Made by a program: the position numbers and the translations under genes | Shown: piece after piece, positions 14,965 to 28,534 of the stretch | Numbering within the stretch: the first letter of the stretch is position 1 | Layout: each line of letters begins with the position of its first letter | Assembly (NCBI RefSeq): GCF_006345805.1 | Contig: NW_021835103.1 | Coordinates: 1 to 52,815, forward strand | Reading direction: 5' to 3' | DNA from: Octopus sinensis | Lineage: Eukaryota | DNA: 52,815 nt | The notes under the pieces: model-generated | The model's database searches: none | What the model saw: only the letters and a program-made list of their open reading frames with translations | What the model was told of the DNA's origin: nothing

Positions 14965-15915
14965 AGATACTCATGTCAATTAATAAACACATCTTTTTTT
15001 GTCTGATCTTTTATGATAATATCCGGTTTATTAGCTTTTATAGTTTTGTCGGTATGTACGGGGAAGTCCCATAGAATCGACACATTTTCTCCCTCAGTCA
15101 CAGCTTCAGGGTGGTGTTTATACCATTTGTCAGCGGTTTTGATTTTATAATGCCGACATATTGTCCAATGTAAATACTGGCCGACTCTGTCATGTCTTGC
15201 TTTATATTCTACAGGGGCTAAGACTCTACACCCTGAGATTAGGTGGTCTATCTCATCGTTACAGAATCGGCATTTTGGGTCAGCTCCATTTTTTATCACA
15301 TTGGCTTGGTAGTTCCGGGTTAATAAGCTTTGGTCTTGAGCAGCTAATATGAAACCTTCACTCTCTGCTTTTAGCCCTGAGCTTCGTAACCATTGGTGCG
15401 TGTGTTTCTGGTCGACATCAGCTTGTTTGCTACAGGCCACATACTTGCCATGCAGAGGTTTCTGTTCCCATTTGCTAGCTAATTTTTCATGTGCTTTTGT
15501 CTTTGCAATTAATTTTATTTTATTTGCAGCAGCAGTTGGTGCATTTCCCTCAACCTGATCAATCTGGTAGGTATCTAAGAGATCAGTAGCGAATTATTTG
15601 CTCTCTTTGAGAATAGAGTGAAGTTTTTTTCGGTCTTTCATGTTTTTCAACAAGTTTTAGCATCCATTCGTTGGTTGCTTCAAGGTATTTAGCCAGTCCG
15701 ATTGTGGTGGTTTTGTACATAAGTTCAAGCTGGATCAAACCTCGACCTCCCTGAGCTCTGGGAAGGTAAAGACGATCCACGTCTGCCTTAGGATGGTGCA
15801 TCTTATTACAACTCAGTAGCTAGCGGATTTTTCTGTCAATTTGCATTATTTCACTGGCATTCCAGTTAAGCACATTGAAGCTTTAAAGAACAATTAGTAC
15901 TGCCAAGGAATTTAT
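14965..15915 (-). pseudogene. R4/Dong-like RLE-type LINE fragment (RT C-terminus, CCHC knuckle, PD-D endonuclease), truncated at both ends
   Basis: HHPKADVDRLYLPRAQGGRGL (15583-15801). LLTRNYQ...CRFCNDEIDHLISGC...RHDRV...ILWDFPVHTDKTIKANKPDIII (14976-15440), then LLIDMSI after a frameshift. Confidence 0.9.
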
Positions 15916-15917
15916 GG

Positions 15918-16067
<150 letters not shown>

Positions 16068-16189
16068 CAGCAGTATCATTGTATGTTGAGTTTGTTGCTT
16101 TGTGCTTACAGCTTTTCTATTGTTTTAAACTTATTTTCTGTAATATATGTGTTTTCAATCATTCTCCTTTTTCATTCTGATTATCACTT

Positions 16190-16545
16190 TTTCCAGATCT
16201 TTATATTTTGAATAATTCATAATTTTTCTATTATTTCAGAGTTACATTGTCCTTTCTTTTGAATATCTACGTCAATTAAGAAACATATTTTCTTGATATC
16301 CTCTGACAATGATATCCGGACAAATTTCCTTACTCTCTCTACTCGTACAAACGATAGTTTTCCAGAATATGGTCAAATTCTTTACTGTGTGATTGCTTGA
16401 ATTGTGTATATTTGCGCCATCTATTTTCTCTGCGTATTTTCCTGAAAGCTCGTAGAGCTTCTAAAGTGTTATATCGCCAACACAGACGCATATATTCAAT
16501 TTTAGTTAAAACCGATAAATCGGAAACTACTGTGTTTGATGGCCT
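16190..16545 (-). pseudogene. Older, more decayed R4/Dong-like endonuclease-domain fragment
   Basis: Minus-strand pieces VVSDLSVLTKIEYMR-LCWRYN, PDIIVR, FLIDVDI..KDNVTLK and SKYKDLEK parallel the RLE motif order of the 14965-15915 copy. Confidence 0.7.
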
Positions 16546-16620
16546 CCGAGATGGTATCAAAGAGTTCCCGGACTAGTCCTGTAACGCGCCAACAGATAAC
16601 ACAACACGGTTACATGCGCA
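16546..16620 (+). mobile_element. Mariner-type TIR remnant
   Basis: cgagatggtatcaaaagagttcccggactag resembles TACGAGGG...CAAAAAGTT mariner ends. Confidence 0.4.
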
Positions 16621-17809
16621 TATAACAATCCAGAGTACGAAGTCTTGGATGTGACTTCAAAATGCATCCGGAAGTTTCAAGGTTTTGAGAAGTGCAGAAC
16701 TACCCCTCAACCACTATTGTTCCCAGGTCTATTCTGATTCGGAGTTGTAGTACTTGCCGTATGAGTCTCTGCGCGAACTCATGCGATAGACCAACGACAT
16801 CAGCAATGTCGTTGATTGTCCTAACCATTAGGCCACGCGTCTAGAAACAAATAATACAGTCTTCAATTTTTGTTTACATGTTTTGTAAAAATTTGTATTA
16901 TTCTCCATTGCTTTCTAAAAACGTGTAACGATAAAAAAAATATTTCACTTTGGTAGTCACTAGAGTAACGATGTGCGTAAGATGAAAGATGGATGCAATG
17001 ACAAGAGAATCGTGTGAAGTTCCAGATACAAAAATATTTTTCTATCGTTAAACAAAGCAATGTGCTGTTACTTCGAACAATAGAAAAGAAGTGTTTACAT
17101 CAAATTAAATAGTTCAACACTGTGAATTTGTGATCGTTCCCATACAATGTTAGTTTGCTTACTTCCCGATAACGTAGCTATTGGTTGTTTATGTATCCTC
17201 TAACGTTCGACAAAAGAGTCGATTGAATAAGAAGAGAAACAGACTATACAAGAAGTTTATAAATAGAATATACAAGAAGTTTATTAAGTATTTCAACAAA
17301 TGAGAGTATTGCATGTCGAATAGACAGTAGTCGTGAGTGATGTCTGTTCTAGCAGCTGACTAGCTTAAGCTGTGTCACTACTGTCTGTTGTTGTGGCATT
17401 CCATAGATGCTGTTGAGTGCCGTAGAACCTTGCAGCCATGTTTTACTTCGCTGACTTATAGACACTGGTAAGCTGGTTGATAAACGCACTATAGGTAGGT
17501 ATTGGTGTTACCAAGGACAGTGTCCAAAGCAAAATGTTAGTGACATCTTGCTTCTACCAGAGATTCGAGTGGTCATTTTTTGCTGTCATCAATTATTGAG
17601 TGAATTGCGTTTGTGTCAATACATTGATCTGTATCAAATATTTGATTGGTCAGTTATTCGCTGGCGTCATCAAGCACTAACAAAATCCTGACCGTGTCTT
17701 TACGCTGAAACACAGTGATCCGGATTCGATTCCTATGCAGTAAGCTGCTGTTTAGGGCTCTGCCATATATCCCTGCAACTTACGTTTGTAAATTTACAGT
17801 AGGTCTCAA

Positions 17810-18858
17810 ACTTTGGCACAAGGTCAACATTTTTAGGAGAGGAAGAGACTCGATTACATTGACCCCGGGGCTTGAAAGATACGAATTTTATCGATCCCGA
17901 AAGGATGAATGGTAAAGTTGTCACCAATGGGACAACTTTCAGAATCTAAAGAGGCAGAGAAAATCGCACTCTCTATTTTATGCGGCATGCCAATGATTCT
18001 GCTTGATTGCCATATTAACAAGAGATATTCATAATCCTTTCTATTATAGGCAAAAGGCCTGAAAATTTGGGGGAGGGACCAAGTCAATTACATTGAGCCC
18101 AGTACTCAACTGGTACTTAATTTATCGATCCCGAAAGCATAAAGCACGAAGTCAATCCCGGCAGTATTTGAACTCAGAACGTAAAGAGCCGTAAAAAATA
18201 CCGCCTTGTATTTAATCCAGTGCATTAATGATTCAGTCTTAACAAGCGATATTTAATCGTTTTTCTTAGTTTCGGCACAGGGCCAGCACATTTTCATGGG
18301 AGCTGGGGTAGAAGGTTAAGATGATAACATCAGCTCTAGTGCTTCACTGATACTGTAATCTGTTCGGCCCCGAAAATATGAACGGTAAAGTCGACTTCGG
18401 CGGAATTTGAACTTAGAACAAAATGCCAGAAGAAATGCCTGTTTCTTTATTACCCACAAGGGGCTAAACATAGAGGGGACAAACAAGGACAGACAAACGG
18501 ATTAAGTCGATTATATCGACCCCAGTGCGTAACTGGTACTTAATTTATCGACCCCGAAAGGATTAGAAGGCAAAGTCGACCTCGGCGGAATTTGAACTCA
18601 GTACGTAACGACAGACGAAATACCTATTTCTTTATTACCCATAAGGGGCTAAACACAGAGAGGATAAACAAGGATAGACAAACGGATTAAGTCGATTATA
18701 TCGACTCCAGTGCGTAACTGGTACTTAATTTATCGACCCCCGAAAGGCTGAAAGGCAAAGTCGACCTCGGCGGAATTTGAACTCAGGACGTAACAGCAAA
18801 CGAAATACGGCTACGCATTTCGCCCGGCGTGCTAATGCTCCTGCCAGCTCGTTGCCTT
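17810..18858 (-). mobile_element. Cluster of SINE family B copies, including a dimer at 18436-18858
   Basis: Repeated tggtacttaatttatcgaccccgaaagg...aaagtcgacctcggcggaatttgaactcag. Dimer junction gaaatacctatttcttt near 18620. Confidence 0.85.
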
Positions 18859-19648
18859 AACAAGGCATAACAAATAAATAAATCTTTCTGCAACTAGAGG
18901 GAGTCCTTCTTGTTGCAGAAGGATTCTACCTCTCTGTATTACGTGGTAAATATGATTTTACTGAGTCGGTTGTTTGCTACGTATATTCTAAATATAGCCA
19001 TTCTTTTACTTGTTTTTCTTTTTTGTCTCCGATCATGATAATTCATTTTACTTCACGCTGAGAAGATGATAACCAGAACATATTTACTTGAACAATACCG
19101 ACAATATTGTCGTTGGGGGTATTGCTTTTGGCATTTAATTCAGTTTTATGTATTAATATAATGTGTGAGCATAAGATTTCATCATTTTCTTTCATTTATA
19201 TTTGTATAGTGTTTTGTTTAGTTAATTAATTTGCAAGTCTATGTGTAGTCTGCTTCGGTTATTTCTGTTTTCCCCGTCTAAAACGATAGTGAGTTTTATT
19301 ATGTTTCTCCCGAATCTCAGTTGTTTTCGAGTATATTTACAGCCGGACTTTTCGTTGCAATATCCCTGTCTAATCATATAAAAGAAAATATCCAGTTGTT
19401 AATCATCTTCAGCGTAACAAAGCAGAAATCGTTTTTACAGAGGAGTACTGGAGATGTAATTTTGACACAAAGCCAGCGATTAGGAGGGGGCAAGTCGATT
19501 ACATCGACCCAGGACTTGCCTTGCACTTAATTTTATCATGACAGGCTCATGACAGTTTTTCATGAAAGGTTCAATGCCTGTGCTTGTTATTGGTGGATGC
19601 TTATTCTTATGATATTGAAGTTATGAATATTCAGATGTTATAAACATG

Positions 19649-19831
19649 GGCGCAGGAGTGGATGAGTAGTAGGAAGCTTGCCTCTCAGCCATATGATTCC
19701 GGGTTCTGTCCCACTGCGTGGCACCTTGGGGGCAAGTGCTTTCTACTATAGTCTCGGACCGACCAAAGCCCTGTGAGTGGAATTGGTTGATGGTAACTGA
19801 AAGAAGCCCGTCGTATATATATGTGTGTGTG

Positions 19832-19866
<35 letters not shown>

Positions 19867-20112
19867 TATGTGTGGTGTGTTTGTGTGTGTGTGTGTGTGT
19901 GTGAGTGTGTGTGTGTGTGTGTGTTTGTCTCCACCACCATCACTTGACAATCGATGGTGTGTTTACGTCCCCGTAATCTATCGGTTCGGCAAAAGAGACC
20001 GATAGAATAAGAACTAGGCTTACAAAGAATAAGCCCTGGTGTCGATTTGTCCCACTAAAGGCGGTGTTCCAGTATGGCCGCAGTCAAATGAGTGAAACAA
20101 GTATAAAAAGAT
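19649..20112 (+). mobile_element. SINE family A, full length, with expanded (TG)n
   Basis: Head ggcgcaggagtgg, body gaaagaagcccgtcg, tail gcagtcaaatgagtgaaacaag. Confidence 0.9.
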
Positions 20113-20169
20113 ATTTAAAAAATTGTGCTTAATTCTTGTATAATCCCTTTTAATGAACTAAATGAAGGG

Positions 20170-20262
20170 TCATTTCGTCTATTAGAAACAGACCACCACC
20201 TGAGAGAATTAGACCACCATCTGAGTCTATTAGACCACCACCTGAGTCTATTAGAAACAGAC
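20170..20262. repeat. Short tandem repeat, ~21 bp unit (TTAGACCACCACCTGAGTCTA), about 3-4 copies
   Basis: Direct reading. Confidence 0.8.
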
Positions 20263-20269
20263 CAGCAAA

Positions 20270-20860
20270 GGTGGCGAGCTGGCAGAAGCGTTAGCACGCC
20301 GGGCGAAATGCTTAGCGGTATTTCGTCTGCCGCTACGTTCTGAGTTCAAATTCCACCGAGGTCGACTTTGCCTTTCATTCTTTCGGGGTCGATAAATTAA
20401 GTAACAGTTACGCACTGGGGTCGATATAATCGACTTAATCCGTTTGTCTGTCCTTGTTTGTCCTCTCCTTGTTTGTGTTTAGCCCCTTGTGGGTAGTAAA
20501 GAAATTGGTATTTCGTCTGCCGCTACGTACTGAGTTCAAATTCCGCCGAGGTAGACTTTGCCTTTCATCTTTTCGAAGTCGATAAATTAAATACCAATTA
20601 CGCACTGGAGTCGATGTAATCGACTTTATTCCTTTGTCTGTCCTTGTTTGTTCCCTCTATCTTTAGCTCCTTGTGGGCAATAAAGATATAAGAAACGTTA
20701 GCACGCTGGGCGAAATGCTTAGCGGTATTTCGTCTGTCTTTATGTTATGAGTTCAAAATCTGCCGTGGTCGACTTTGCCTTTCATCCTTTCGGGCCGATC
20801 TAATCGACTGTCCCCTCCTCCCACGAAATTTCGGGCCTTATGCCTAGAGTAGAAAAGAAC
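20270..20860 (+). mobile_element. SINE family B head-to-tail trimer
   Basis: Three successive gtatttcgtctg...gagttcaaa...gactttgcctttcat units, with junctions near 20503 and 20690. Confidence 0.9.
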
Positions 20861-22140
20861 ATATTAGCAAGCTCGCTTGCTATACTGTAGAGAGGAAACG
20901 TAAACTGAATAGCTTCTTGCAAGATATTGCATGAACACAATTCATAATAACTAATCAACGAGCTTTATTATTAATCCTCTCAGATATAAAATATGAAGCT
21001 TTGTTTAGCTTCAGTCCTTAGTTATTTCTGAAACAAGCAAACCTAACTCATAAAATACAAAACGATGCAAACACGCAAGACCTTGAAGCATTTCTATGTA
21101 TACAAATTTCTTTGTGTATACCGCATCATGTGATCTTGGTCTACCATACACCATAATCCTGGAACTGTGAGGAGCTCAAACTATTGAAATGGCCATGTAA
21201 AGATCTGTTGGAATTCGTGCATCGGTTAGAAAACATTCTTTATAGATGCATAGTTTTAAAATTTCTTTTAGCGATATATCTCTTAGAATATAGTTTTAGA
21301 GTTTCCATTGGTGAATTTTTAAGTGTTTATATTTCACCAATGAACATATATTTTCATTTTAAATGTAATTTTAAATTTCAGATAAAACTTGGATATTTTG
21401 ATATTTGTTATATAATGGACCAAAAGACAACATGCAATAGACTTAGTGGCGAGAGATTCCACTTTTCAAAATGAACAATTAGTTAGAACATGGCGCCAAA
21501 GTACAGCCAATCACCAACACTGCTGAAATAACATCACAGCATATTCGAGGCCTGTAAACTCTAAGACATGGTCAACGAGAAAAATTTTAATCGTCGATTC
21601 ATTGAAATTAATCAATTACACACGAGAAGATACGTGTATTGTTAGCTTGGTCAAAGAGGTTCCGTGTAAATTAAAAAGGTACCCCATTTAATATAAATAG
21701 TACAAAGAGACGTAAAAACATTTGCTCTAATGAAAATTAGGTAAAACAAATAAAAAATAAACAAAAGCTGCACAGAACACACACGCACACTTATATATAT
21801 GCGTGAGCGTGTGTGTTTATATATATATATACGTATACGCACATGTATATATGTATATATATATATACATATATATATATACATACATATATACAAATAT
21901 ATATATACATGTATATACATACATACTTATATACAAATATATATATATACATGTATATACATATGTATATACATGTATATACAGGAGTGGCTGTATGGTA
22001 GGTAGCTTGCTTATCAGCCGCATGGTTCCGAGTTCAGTCCCACTGTATGGCACCTTGGGCAAGTGTCTACTACTATAATCTCGGACCGACCAAAGCCTTG
22101 TGAGTGGATTTGGTTGACGGAAACTGAAAGAAGCCCGTCG

Positions 22141-22172
<32 letters not shown>

Positions 22173-22173
<1 letters not shown>

Positions 22174-22920
22174 GAAAAAACAAGTCAAAATAAAAAATGC
22201 TAAAATAATTTTATAAAGAACATTTCAGTACCGGTTTCGGTCATTTTGAGACCTTTTCAACTGTAACGATTAAATAATTAAATTTAGAAAAATTAAAAGA
22301 AAAGTTTTTTTAAAGGAATATTTGTATAGTGTTCAAATATAAGTGGCATTCTGCCTTTCTCTGTCTCCCTTGTTTGCACTTGTGTGTTCGAGGCCGTTGT
22401 GAATTCTTGGTAGGGTAGAAGAAGAAGGTTGATGAGGAGAGGGGGTGGAAAAATTTGGTAGTGCCTTGATGGTCGTATTTTGAATGGTCAGTGACGGCTA
22501 GCAGTTGCAGTTCAATTCAGGAGAATATTTCTATTGAAAGGTTTGTTTATGGAATTTGCGTAGGTGTTATACTAAAAAGCATTAGTGATAAAGTTGAGAG
22601 GTAGGAGGTGGAGAAGAAGAAGAAGAAGAAGAAGAATAAGAAGAAGAAGAAGAAGATGAAGAAGAAGATGACGATGTGATGATGATGATGATGATGATGA
22701 AGAAGAAGAAGAAGAAGGAGAAGGAGAAGAAGAAGATGATGATGATGGTGATGATGATGACGACGATGATGATGATAATGATGATGATGAAGAAGAAGAG
22801 GAAGAAGAAGAAAAAAGAGAAGGGAGAATATGAATGGGTGAAAGTAGTGAGGTGTATGACTTGAAGTTGGCACGTTATGGATTATAGCTGTGATTGGGGC
22901 TGATTTGTAATGGATTCTAT
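22173..22920 (-). mobile_element. PLE-terminus-like element carrying a hammerhead motif and (GAA/GAT)n; paralogue at 36700-36965
   Basis: aaaaacaagtca...atgctaaaataattttataaa...gtaccggtttc...gaatatttg...ttcgagg.cgttgtgaattct is shared with 36705-36960. Confidence 0.65.
22224..22266 (-). ncRNA. Minimal type I hammerhead ribozyme, U3:A8 core variant
   Basis: Minus strand: TTACAG-TTGAAAA-GGTC-TCAAAAT-GACC-GAAA-CCGG-TA-CTGAAA. Stem II is 4 bp, stem III is palindromic ACCGGT, stem I is CAG/CTG, predicted cleavage triplet GUA. Confidence 0.65.
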
Positions 22921-23183
22921 ATATGTATATATATATATATATGTGTGTGTTTGTGTGTGTGTATATGTTTGTGTGTCTGTTTTTGTCCCCCCAACATCAC
23001 CTGACAACCGATGCTGGTGTGTTTACGTCCCCGTAACTTAGCGGTTCGGAAAAAGAGACAGGTAGGATAAGTACTAGTCTTACAAAGAATATGTCCTGGG
23101 GTCGAGTTGCGAGACTAAAGGCGATGCTCCAGCATGGCCGCAGTCAAATGACTGAAACAAGTAAAAGAGTAAAAAGTATATAT

Positions 23184-23635
23184 ATGCGTTGTCCCAATAT
23201 CTTTTCCACACATTTTGACAGCACCAAATCAACTTTCATTTCTTTTTAGATTTTAACTTATTAAAAATAATGAGTGGGGGCCACATTAAGATTTGAATGA
23301 AAGAATTTTAAACGAAAGTGTCACTAGAAGTTTTATTTCTAATTCGAGTCATAGTGACTCGCGTAAGTGAACTCGCTAGGTGGACTGGCGCAGGTGGACT
23401 TGCGTAGGCGGTATCGCGTAGGTGGATTCGCGTAGGTGTACTCACGAAGGTGGACTCGTATATGTGAAACTCTTTCCTGCGCTGTCAGACTTCTAGTGAC
23501 ACATTCGTTTAAAATTTATGTTTTGAAAACTTAATTTGTCCCCCTTCATTATTTTTAATAAGTTAAATCGAAAATGAAATGAAAATTGAGTTGGTGCTGT
23601 TAAAATGCGTAGAAAAGATTTTGAGACATCACGTA
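23184..23635. mobile_element. MITE with ~150 bp TIRs, TA-flanked, internal 14-15 bp tandem repeat
   Basis: The left arm (atcttttc..cacattttgacagcacc...aacttattaaaaataatga...gtgtcactagaagt) matches the reverse complement of ~23485-23635. Internal GGACTCGCGTAGGT-like unit, about 7 copies, at ~23355-23460. Confidence 0.85.
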
Positions 23636-23807
23636 TATATATATATATATAGATATATGTGTGTGTGTGTATACATACATATATATGTGTGTATATGTAC
23701 ATATATATATATACATACATATATACATACATGTATATATCTACATACATACATACACACACAAAAATATATATATATATACACACATGCATACATATAT
23801 ACATATA

Positions 23808-24215
23808 TTTTACTCTTTAACTTGTTTCAGTCATTTGACTGCGGCCATGCTGGAGCACCGCCTTTAGTCTCGCAAATTGACCTCAGGACTTATTCTTTGT
23901 AAGTCTAGTACTTATTCTATCGGTCTCTTATGCCGAACCGCTAGGTTACGGGGACATACGTAAACATCCCAGCATCGGTTGTCAAGCGATGTTGGGGAGA
24001 CAAACACAGACACACAAACACATACACACATATATACACACACAAATATATATATACATATATACGTCAGGCTTCTTTCAGTTTCCATCTACCAAATCCA
24101 CTCACAAGGCTTTGGTCGGCCCGAGGCTATAGTAGAAGATACTTGCCCAAGGTGCCACGCAGTCGGACTGAACCCAGAACCATATGGCTGGAAAGCAAGC
24201 TACTTACCACAGAGC
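23808..24215 (-). mobile_element. SINE family A
   Basis: Collinear with other family A copies. Confidence 0.9.
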
Positions 24216-24249
24216 CAAACATTTTCTACACATTTCAACAGCTAACTCA

Positions 24250-24280
<31 letters not shown>

Positions 24281-24479
24281 TGTATGTATGTATGTATGTA
24301 TGTATGTATATATATGTATATATATATATATATTATATATATACATATATATATATATTATATATTATATATATATATGTATATACACGCAATAAACATA
24401 CATACATTTACCTTTCTGCGTACACACACACATAACTACGCCAATTACAAGTGCGAAAATCAATCTACCAATGAGTGCT

Positions 24480-27341
24480 GTCGACATTATTTACATCAAC
24501 TGAGCAGCCTACCCCACACGAAAACCACCCGGCCACCCACCACCGACAGCATTAGCACCTCCACCACTGCCACTACTACAACCAATACCGCTACGAACAT
24601 CACCATTACTAGTTCTTACAGTACTATTACCATCACAATCTTCACCCCTTATGTGATTGAAACTACCACTAGCCACCCCAGAACCGCTACTGTAATAAAG
24701 AATCTAGATCACCATGATTATTGGTACTATGACCATAGCTCCCACAACCACCACTAGTACCAGTACCATGACCAGCTCCAGCATCATCATCATCATCATC
24801 ATCATCATCAGTACCACCATAAAGACTTACACTGCTACATCTAGATTTATATCAACATCAACACCACCACCCCTACCACTAGAACCAACTACCACCACAC
24901 TAACCACAAAAACCAGCACCGTTATCACAACCACAACCATCACCACCACCACCACAACGACGACGGTGACCACCACCACCACCACTACCACCACTACCAC
25001 CACCACAATTATCGCCGCCACCACCATTATCACTACCACCACAACGACGACGACGACGACCACCACCACCACAACCACCAAGACTACCACCACCACAACC
25101 ATCACCACAACCACCATCACCACCATTATCACTACCACAACCACCACCACTCCAACCACCACAACGACGACGACGACGACCACCACCACCAAGACAACCA
25201 CCACCAACACCACAACCACCACCACTACAACCACGACGACAACTACCATCACCACCACCACTACCACTACACCGTCACCACCACAACCATCACCACAACC
25301 ACCACCATCATCACCACCACCACCACCACCACAACTATTGCCATCACCACAACTATTACCACCACTACTACCAACGCCATCACCACCACCACCACAACTA
25401 TTGCCATCACTACAACTATTACCACCACTACTACCAACGCCATCACCACCACCACTACCAACACCAACACCATCACCACCATCGCCACTAACACCTCCCA
25501 CAAGCACCAACTATCACCTCCAACACCACCACAATCACCACCAACCACCCACCATTACTACCACCACCACCACCATCACCGACACCATCCTCCCACAACC
25601 ACTCACCACCACTACCAACGCCATCACCACCACCATCACCACCAACACCACCTACAACAACCCACCACTACCACCACCATCACCGCCGCGGCCACCATTA
25701 ACACTACTTCCTCCATCTCTACCTACCACCAGCGACAAGAACAATCGAAGCGTGCTAAAATCCATCACTTCATGCATCGGCTCCTTCTCCTCCCCCCACT
25801 CTTCTCTCCTCTGCCACTCCACCCCTTCGCCCCTTCCCCAGTCCTCTTCTCTTCTTCCTCTTCCTCCTTCCTCTCCTTCCTCTCCTTCCTTGCAAGTACT
25901 AACGTCTATCACTAATAATTCCACCACCATTTAATTTCCAACCAATATACCGGCGTCTCATCACCGTCTTTCCCACCTCCCCTACAGACCCTTACGTCTC
26001 GATTCCACCCCTTACTCACCCCGAACCGCAGAAGCAATCACTGTCAAACAGCCAGCACCAATATTACCAATTACTACCTACCAACTACCAATTCCACAGA
26101 CATCACCATCACCGTCGCCCACCGTCATTATCCAATATCAAAATTATTGGTGTTTTTTTCTCAATACCACCATCACCACCACCATCAACCACCACCACCA
26201 CCATCACCACCGCCACCATAACTACTACCACCACAACCACCACCACTACTACCACCACAACCACTACCACCACAACTACCGCCACCATCACTACAATCAC
26301 CACTATCACAACCACCACAAGCAATAACATAAGAACCATCACCACCACCACCACCACCACCATCAGCACCATCACCATCATCATCATCACCGCTACCACA
26401 ACCATCACTACTACCACCGACACCACCAATAACACAAGAACCACCACCACCACCACCACCACAACCACAACCACAACCACAACCACCACAACCACCACAA
26501 CGACCACCATAACTACTACCACCACAACCACCACCACAACTACCACCACAACCACTACCACCACAACCACCGCCACCATCACTACAATCACCACTATCAC
26601 AACCACCACAAGCAATAACATAAGAACCATCACCACCACAACCACCACCACTACCATCACCACAACCACAACCACCACAACCACCACAACCACCACCACC
26701 ACCATCACTACCATCAGCACCATCAGCACCACCGCTACCACAACCATCACTACTACCACCGACACCACCAATAACACAAGAACCACCACCACCACCACCA
26801 CCACAACCACAACCACAACTACCACCACAACAATCACCACCATCACCATCATCACCACCACCGCTACCACAATCATCACTACTACCACCGACACCACCAA
26901 TAACACAAACACCACCACCACCACTACCACCTCCACCAATAACATTCACTACAACAGCAATAACAACAGAAACACCACTACCACTACTGCAACCTCTACC
27001 AATAACAAGAAAAACAAAACGATCACCACCACCGCCACCGTATCCAGAGTGTCTATCACCACTAGCAATTACCAATTATCAATTACCATTAAGCAACTAA
27101 TTGTATAATATCCACCATGATCAGAACAGTAATCAACACCACCACAACAACCAGCACCAATACCACCGCTTGGACAACAACAACAACAGCAGCTACAACT
27201 ACTACTACTACTACTACTATCATCGCTGCTGTTGCTGCTACTGCTGTTTCCAGAATCATAACTACAACCACCACCATCACCACCATCATCACCATCACAA
27301 CCACCAGTACCGCTTGAACAGCCCTGCTGCTGCTGCTGCTG

Positions 27342-27393
<52 letters not shown>

Positions 27394-27403
27394 CACCACC
27401 ACC

Positions 27404-27437
<34 letters not shown>

Positions 27438-27585
27438 TACTACTACTACTACTACTACTACTATCATCGCTGCTGCTGCTGCTACTGCTGTTTCCAGAAT
27501 CATAACTACAACCACCACCACCACCACCACCATCATCACCATCACAACCACCAGTACCGCTTGAACAGCCCTGCTGCTGCTGCTG

Positions 27586-27628
<43 letters not shown>

Positions 27629-27641
27629 CACCACCACCACC

Positions 27642-27678
<37 letters not shown>

Positions 27679-28400
27679 GAACTATCACCTGTATCCTCAC
27701 TTGTATGACTACCACCCCCCACCACAATCACCACCCCGCCTCCAGCTTTGCTGTGATCGCTACCACAACCGATCCCAGCCACCACCACCACCACCACTAC
27801 CACTACCGTCACCATCATCAGCACTATCACCACAGCCGCCGCTGCCACCACCACTGCCACCACCACTACCACCATTTAGATAGCAACAACAAAACAAGAG
27901 CAACTACTACTATTACTACTGCTGCCACCGCTGCCGCCACCACCACCAACACCACCATCACCAACATCACCACCGCCACCACCACTGTCACCACCAGCTC
28001 GCCTCCAACTCAGTTACTATCATTAAATACACATGAGCACCTATGACTAATTATCAATTACCTGTTGTTACGATCCAGTTTCTCGAATTCCAACATCACC
28101 ATTATCATAACACCACCACATCACTACCACCGCCACCACCACCGCCACCACCACTACTACCATCACCACTACTACCATCACCACTACCAATACCGCCGTC
28201 GTCACTTTCAGTTACGAACACCCTCATTATCGTCATTAGCAATACCATCGGTTCGGTACCCAACCCCTTACATTCTCGTCTATTCACCCCCTTCACCTCC
28301 ACGCCACTACGTCACCACAATGGTCACAAACCCAGATATGAACGCTGATCATTATTACCAGAACCAATTAACCATCCACTGCTTATCACCATCGTACACC
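24480..28400. repeat. ~3.9 kb complex (ACC/ACT/ACA/ATC)n trinucleotide satellite with higher-order duplications
   Basis: Recurrent non-simple spacers: caagcaataacataagaacc at ~26320 and ~26610; gacaccaccaataacacaa x3; ccagtaccgcttgaacagccc at ~27305 and ~27552. Gives Thr-, Val- and Gly/Cys-rich ORFs. Confidence 0.9.
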
Positions 28401-28534
28401 AACACTAACAATTTCTGCCGGCATCATTTCGTGGTTTCTGTTTCAATCCTACCGCGTAGCACCATCGGTAAATGTCTTCTATCGGGGCCTCGGATCAACC
28501 AAAACCTCATGCACGAATAAGCTGTAGACAATAA

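Larger units (their letters stand above)
21981..23178 (+). mobile_element. SINE family A split in its internal (TA)n by a ~750 bp insertion (5' part 21981-22172, 3' part ~22940-23178)
   Basis: The head/body ends at gcccgtcgtatatat. The remainder (tttgtccccccaacatc...aaagagt) resumes after 22940. Confidence 0.85.

Noticed and set aside
20170-20262. Short direct repeats resembling a CRISPR array (also 23355-23460)
   Set aside because: Repeats are contiguous with no unique spacers, there are no cas genes, and the context is eukaryotic.
26185-27075. Gly/Cys-rich ORF resembling loricrin or keratin-associated proteins
   Set aside because: Antisense reading of ACC/ACA/ACT triplets necessarily gives G/C/S. 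No signal peptide or splice support; kept only as a caveat in the satellite finding.
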